DNA from: a virus
Taxonomy: Duplodnaviria > Caudoviricetes
Length of the DNA: 64,000 nt
Reading direction: 5' to 3' (one strand)
IMG/VR virus record: IMGVR_UViG_3300020577_007160
Location: 1-64,000 of that record
The notes below the pieces were generated by a model. That model was not told the origin of the DNA. It did no database searches and was given only the letters and a program-made list of their open reading frames with translations. Within the stretch, counting starts at the first letter, position 1, and every line of letters begins with the position of its first letter. A program made the translations under genes and the position numbers. Of the stretch, positions 60,045 through 64,000 are shown one piece after another.

Positions 60045-60466
60045 TCATTAATTTGATCTAAAACAATATGAGCAATTTCATTGCCACTTATCCAAGCAGG
60101 ATCTTCAATACCATTATATTTCCCCTGAGAAAAACTAGCTAAAGATACTAATTTGTCAGTACATTCCGGGAAATCTTTTATCATATCTTCCTTGTGTCCA
60201 GGTATCATATAAAGAATCTTATCTGACCATTCAATCAATTCCTTTGTTACATGTTTTGATCGATGATCCTTGACCCCAATATGGATATCATAAGATTTTA
60301 ATGCTTCTCGAATTTTCTTTCCCATAGGAGACTTCTGACCAGAACATTTGAACTTTGTTCCTGCGGAATCTACTTTGTGATCCGTTCCTTTGAGCATAGC
60401 TTCTGCCATATAATGGGCTGCAGCAGAACGATTTTTGTTACCAGTACAAATCATTAAAATATTCAT
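60005..60466 (-). CDS. Low-molecular-weight phosphatase (LMW-PTP/ArsC fold)
   Basis: CTGNKNRS (CX5R P-loop), VDSAGT, HRSK, IEDP general acid. Confidence 0.9.
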   Translation of the reverse strand: MNILMICTGNKNRSAAAHYMAEAMLKGTDHKVDSAGTKFKCSGQKSPMGKKIREALKSYDIHIGVKDHRSKHVTKELIEWSDKILYMIPGHKEDMIKDFPECTDKLVSLASFSQGKYNGIEDPAWISGNEIAHIVLDQINECLNTMIKEWKLV

Positions 60467-61410
60467 AATCCTAAATCTTCCTTTTTTAATTTTCCTTCAG
60501 AAATTAGTTTGTCATAATTCGCCTTTGCAACTGGTCTGGAATTATGATAAATATTTGTCATTTGAAATATTTTATCAAGTTCATAATTATAGGGGTGAAA
60601 TTCCTGAAATCCATGTTCAGAAAATTCAGAAATTAATTCTTGAGGTGTTAATTGAAATTCAGAAAATACTGCTGATAAAAATCTGGAAGGATAGGATAAA
60701 GCATTATACATTTTATTGAGATCCCTTGACATTGTGAAATGTCGAAATTCAATTGTTTCTGTTTCAGAAAATACTTGCTTCAAATTGACTGCTTCTCTGA
60801 CAACAAGATGCCATAACAACTTGCCAGACTTGTCTTTTGCTGCATGAGCCTCATAAAATTCCTGAGGTGTTTTAGCCAACATCATTTTGGTAAAAACATT
60901 CTTTGGAACAACATAATGATGTGAACGCTTACGACGCTTATAACGTTCCCATGCACCTTTGTATTCTGCTTCAGAAGAATAATCAGATTTAATTGGAACT
61001 GGTATTGGTTCAATTAAATTATAAAGTTCTTTTCCATAAAATTGTGTGTATTTTGCTATTCGTTTTAAAGCGGGTAAATTGTTTTTCAATCCAGGTATAT
61101 GGATATGAACATGAAGATTCGTAGTGAAATTGAAATATTTGTCTCTATTGTTATCTTCTAAAATACCAAATGTATCATAAATACCTTTTACAATATCTAA
61201 TAACTTACTTGGAGTAGATGCTATTGATGTTTGGATTTCACCACCAAATTTATTAAATTCATGCTTTGGGTCATTTGCTGTTCCATTAACAGAATTCATT
61301 ATTGAACCATCTTTCGTACAGAACTTACTACCCTCTGGTAGTTTAGTACGAACATCAATATCCCCAATTTCGAGTTCACAACCCAAACTATAATTTGTTA
61401 AATCTAACAT
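60463..61410 (-). CDS. Putative amidoligase (COOH-NH2 ligase, glutamine-synthetase-like fold)
   Basis: GCELE, DGSI, GGEI, LHVHI, AVNL and TIEFRHF motifs. Confidence 0.75.
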   Translation of the reverse strand: MLDLTNYSLGCELEIGDIDVRTKLPEGSKFCTKDGSIMNSVNGTANDPKHEFNKFGGEIQTSIASTPSKLLDIVKGIYDTFGILEDNNRDKYFNFTTNLHVHIHIPGLKNNLPALKRIAKYTQFYGKELYNLIEPIPVPIKSDYSSEAEYKGAWERYKRRKRSHHYVVPKNVFTKMMLAKTPQEFYEAHAAKDKSGKLLWHLVVREAVNLKQVFSETETIEFRHFTMSRDLNKMYNALSYPSRFLSAVFSEFQLTPQELISEFSEHGFQEFHPYNYELDKIFQMTNIYHNSRPVAKANYDKLISEGKLKKEDLGL

Positions 61411-61469
61411 AATCCCTTTTGTATATTCTTTTAAGTTTTCAACAGAACGATTAAAACTTTATAAAAAAT

Positions 61470-61495
61470 AAATGCCTATCACTAGATAGGCATTT
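61470..61495 (-). terminator. Intrinsic terminator fused to promoter motif 61444-61466
   Basis: AAATGCCTATC-ACTA-GATAGGCATTT. Confidence 0.8.
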
Positions 61496-61520
61496 AAATA
61501 CAAAACCAGAATATTAAAAT

Positions 61521-61928
61521 CTAAACATTAAATGGATATTTTTCAAGATCTATTTCTGCCAATTTTTTAAATTTTTGACCTTTGAAAAAGAATACACGAG
61601 GATCTTTAATTTTAGTTACACTAATGAATTTATTCACTGCTAAAATAAAAGATTTAAATTCCTTTGTATCCTGATTACCCTCATCATCCTCTTTACAAAA
61701 ATTCCATTTTTTAGATCCTTGAAGATCTCTATAAACACTATAAATTATATTTTTTGCCTCATCTATGTAACATATTCCAATATTTCCAAATAATAATTCA
61801 TCCCAATAAGTGTTGAAATGATACTTCCCAACATTACTTATTGTTTCTGTTATAAAGTCTTCATTCACTTTTCTTTCGAGTTTCTCTAGTCTCTCCACAA
61901 GAGATAAAGATGATCTTCTGTTGATCAT
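61521..61928 (-). CDS. Leader-family protein 5 (putative head-packaged internal protein)
   Basis: MINRRSSLSLVERLEKLERKVNEDFITE. Confidence 0.7.
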   Translation of the reverse strand: MINRRSSLSLVERLEKLERKVNEDFITETISNVGKYHFNTYWDELLFGNIGICYIDEAKNIIYSVYRDLQGSKKWNFCKEDDEGNQDTKEFKSFILAVNKFISVTKIKDPRVFFFKGQKFKKLAEIDLEKYPFNV

Positions 61929-61973
61929 TGTTGATTCTTTCTAAGATATTGTTGAATTGAAAACTATATAACT
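61867..61973. repeat. ~105-bp dispersed repeat, copy B
   Basis: Near-identical to 57476-57582. Confidence 0.9.
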
Positions 61974-62007
61974 TAGTTCATAAATTATGAACAATCTTTT
62001 AAATCAC

Positions 62008-62712
62008 TTACAATCTAATATTCTGGTAATCAATACCAATATCAACCGAATAAGAAGAAACTAATGAAAAATCTGATTCAGATAATATATATAACTCTCC
62101 AGCATTTAACTGAATTAAATTCTCATTTATGCCAGACCTTTTAAAGACTTCCTGAGTAGAAGAAACAATAATAGAATCGTCACGCTGGCATGACCATGCT
62201 GGTCTTGTTGAATTCCGAAAAGAAAACATTTTACCATGTTTCCATAATCCTACCACAGCCATTGATGCTCTTGGAAACCGCTGGATTACATTGATTCCCT
62301 TTTGTAGGTAATTATGAATTATTTCAGCATCATTAGTTGTTACAGGTTCAATATCATATAACTCTTTCCAATATTTGGGATCTGCCTGAGTCAATACTCC
62401 GTTCATAGCAACGGAAAGATTATTGCCAATATCTATTGGTTGATTGTGTTCTAAGCCAGAAGTAGAATATCGAGAATGACCAATTAATGAAATTAATTCT
62501 GAAGACAATAAATCTTGTTTGATCGTAGAAAAATGTTTCTCTAAAAAAGATTTTCCATCGGTTGGCTCTATGAGAGTCTTAATTTTATTATCAAATAAAT
62601 AGGAAACACCCGTTGCATGTTTTCCACGTATGCTATTTTCTACTATAAAATTAGATATCAACTCAATATTATTGAGAGATGACTTTCCTTTGAAAGCTAA
62701 AATAGAACACAT
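62008..62712 (-). CDS. Class II (Ntn) glutamine amidotransferase
   Basis: M-C start (Cys1 nucleophile), RGKHATG, GHSRYST, NQPI, MNG, NDAE, RPAW. Confidence 0.88.
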   Translation of the reverse strand: MCSILAFKGKSSLNNIELISNFIVENSIRGKHATGVSYLFDNKIKTLIEPTDGKSFLEKHFSTIKQDLLSSELISLIGHSRYSTSGLEHNQPIDIGNNLSVAMNGVLTQADPKYWKELYDIEPVTTNDAEIIHNYLQKGINVIQRFPRASMAVVGLWKHGKMFSFRNSTRPAWSCQRDDSIIVSSTQEVFKRSGINENLIQLNAGELYILSESDFSLVSSYSVDIGIDYQNIRL

Positions 62713-62810
62713 ATTATCAATAAATTAAATTTTAAATACAAATGAAAAATAACGCTCCAACAACTAGAACTGTAGCATAAATTTAGAACGTGAAATACTC
62801 TATAAAAATA

Positions 62811-62838
62811 AATATGCCCTTTGTATAAAGGGCATATT
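62811..62838 (-). terminator. Intrinsic terminator fused to promoter motif 62785-62807
   Basis: AATATGCCCTTT-GTAT-AAAGGGCATATT. Confidence 0.8.
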
Positions 62839-62870
62839 AAACTTCAGAAATTCATTTCTATCAAATTGAA

Positions 62871-63509
62871 TCAAACAACTTCAAAAGATATAAATTCATG
62901 TTTTAATAAATTTTTTCTTTTAAGATCCTCTGCTTCTTTTATAGAATTCAAAAGATAAGAATTACCATAAGAACCCTGATCACTTAATTCAAAATTAAAA
63001 AGAAGAAATTCCTCCTCAGAAAAACTATCAGAAAAATCTCTAAAACGTATATCTCTTAATAAATAAATCTGTTCTTCTTCCATTAACTTTGCATTTATGG
63101 CATCTATAAAGGATTCTGAAGTAAGATTACCAAAATCTTCATCATCAAAAATAGTGTCTATGATCTTGTCTACTCTTTTAAGATATTTTTTTAAAACCAA
63201 ATCATTTTTAATAGGTAAAATTTTATTTGGTCTAATTGGGCTAATACCATCTATTTTCAATATTCCAGCATTCATTAATTTATAATAATAGTCTTCCGCT
63301 TCCTTTTTTGTTTCAAAAAATTTTATAAGATCTGCAGGACTATCTTCAGCTTGTGGGCGGACTCGATAAAGGAATAATTTACAATAATTATTCCCATAAT
63401 AAAAAGTTGCATAAGTATATTTTACCTTATTATTTTCACGAATATCTACTTTTCTTTCGAGTCTACTTAGTCTCTCTGTAAGAGAGAGAGTTGTTCTTCT
63501 ATTAATCAT
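62871..63509 (-). CDS. Leader-family protein 6 (putative head-packaged internal protein)
   Basis: MINRRTTLSLTERLSRLERKVDIRENN. Confidence 0.7.
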   Translation of the reverse strand: MINRRTTLSLTERLSRLERKVDIRENNKVKYTYATFYYGNNYCKLFLYRVRPQAEDSPADLIKFFETKKEAEDYYYKLMNAGILKIDGISPIRPNKILPIKNDLVLKKYLKRVDKIIDTIFDDEDFGNLTSESFIDAINAKLMEEEQIYLLRDIRFRDFSDSFSEEEFLLFNFELSDQGSYGNSYLLNSIKEAEDLKRKNLLKHEFISFEVV

Positions 63510-63552
63510 TGTTGATTCTTTCTACTATTGTTGAATTGAAAACTATATAACT
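63448..63552. repeat. ~105-bp dispersed repeat, copy C
   Basis: Similar to copies A and B; contains the exact 25-mer at 63528-63552. Confidence 0.85.
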
Positions 63553-63557
63553 CTCTT

Positions 63558-64000
63558 TCATAAACTATTCAGAAATTTTATAAAATCTGCTATACCATAA
63601 TATATATTGTAACAATTTTCTTCATAAAGTTTCTTCCTCGTATTTGAATGACTTTTCAAATAAGGATGTACCAAATCTTCAAAATCTATTATAAATGACT
63701 TATTTCGAGTAGAATTTTTCGTTAATGCTCTCGCAGGTCTCTGAACGCTTTTAACATGAGAAGATCCCCCTGCTAAAAGAATTATTCCGTCAAGACTTGG
63801 AATATCTCTTCCTTCATCGAATATAGATGAACCAATTAAAACTCGTATTCTCTTTTCATTCACTTCTTTCATTAAATCAAAATTATCATTATAATAAATA
63901 TAATTTTGATTTGTTTCTTCATCAATTTTAATTTCTTTTATCTGGTTTTGATAACGAAGATAAAGTTCCTTACTATATAAGGAAATGTTGGTATTTCCCC
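63558..64000 (-). CDS. SF2 helicase C-terminal domain (UvsW/RAD25-like), 5' part outside the window
   Basis: IFDEGRDIPSLD (motif V), VQRPARAL (variant motif VI), IIDFED, HSNTRKKLY. The frame stays open from 63872 to the window end. Confidence 0.8.
   Translation of the reverse strand, partial: GNTNISLYSKELYLRYQNQIKEIKIDEETNQNYIYYNDNFDLMKEVNEKRIRVLIGSSIFDEGRDIPSLDGIILLAGGSSHVKSVQRPARALTKNSTRNKSFIIDFEDLVHPYLKSHSNTRKKLYEENCYNIYYGIADFIKFLNSL

Larger units (their letters stand above)
934..62807 (-). promoter_or_regulatory. Dispersed bipartite phage promoter TTTTA-N11-ACGTTCT (best copies TTTTATAG-N8-ACGTTCT)
   Basis: Plus-strand AGAACGT (or 1-nt variant) begins at 934, 4151, 5376, 5786, 7572, 8998, 13388, 16408, 18940, 19990, 25735, 27503, 32076, 33519, 36333, 37038, 38759, 40376, 43311, 45713, 46730, 57085, 61444 and 62785, upstream of minus-strand genes. 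Most have TAAA(A) 18 nt after the motif start. Confidence 0.75.

Noticed and set aside
60005-60466. Arsenate reductase / arsenic-resistance gene
   Set aside because: No ars operon genes nearby and the resolving Cys pair of thioredoxin-coupled ArsC is not evident; context points to a phosphatase in the modification operon.
4505-63285. All plus-strand ORFs in the track (e.g. 4505..4783, 15193..15453, 26400..26684, 55218..55511, 60435..60719)
   Set aside because: They lie wholly or largely antisense to longer minus-strand genes or their promoter/terminator regions, mostly use non-ATG starts and have no motifs; treated as shadow ORFs.
57476-63552. Dispersed repeats as a CRISPR array or IS/transposon ends
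   Set aside because: They are kb apart, direct rather than inverted, include coding leader sequence, and no cas, transposase, integrase or target-site duplication was seen.
1-64000. tRNA genes in intergenic gaps (e.g. GGATTCGAA near 13964, hairpins at 33552-33629)
   Set aside because: No cloverleaf with acceptor stem and T-loop could be built by eye; tRNAscan-SE would be decisive.
1-64000. Stop-codon reassignment (alternative genetic code)
   Set aside because: Conserved enzymes (ligase, helicase, primase, dUTPase) are full-length and gene packing is dense in the standard code.

Overview
A 64 kb segment of a large, AT-rich lytic dsDNA bacteriophage (jumbo/large myovirus-like; host not determinable from this window). 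Essentially all genes are on the minus strand and read normally in the standard code. Positions ~1-46 kb are a dense accessory region of >100 short hypothetical genes, including several paralogue families and a few recognisable enzymes (HslV/proteasome-like Ntn peptidase, radical SAM, DUF3307, thymidylate kinase, AAA+ ATPase). Positions ~46-64 kb hold replication, nucleotide-metabolism and transcription genes: DHH phosphoesterase, dUTPase, ATP-dependent ligase, two sigma/HTH-like regulators, primase, HD nucleotidase, DnaB-like helicase and an SF2 helicase truncated by the window end. Three things stand out. (1) A dispersed cassette system: six otherwise unrelated proteins share an N-terminal 'L-E-[RK]-[RL]-x-x-[RKN]-L-E' type leader ending at a prohead-protease-like x-x-E site. 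Four sit behind an identical 25-bp upstream element. Five are closed by a terminator plus a fresh promoter for the downstream operon. These look like interchangeable head-packaged (injected) effector cassettes. (2) A thymidine-hypermodification-type gene set: amino acid:DNA transferase and 5hmU-DNA-kinase-like P-loop protein, with an unusual LMW phosphatase + amidoligase + class II glutamine amidotransferase tailoring set. (3) A phage-specific bipartite promoter, TTTTA-N11-ACGTTCT, recurring >20 times and often fused to an intrinsic terminator. Two candidate small non-coding RNAs and one frameshifted gene were also seen. No tRNA, rRNA, CRISPR array, integrase or transposase was recognised. All family calls come from motifs recognised by eye, not from database searches.
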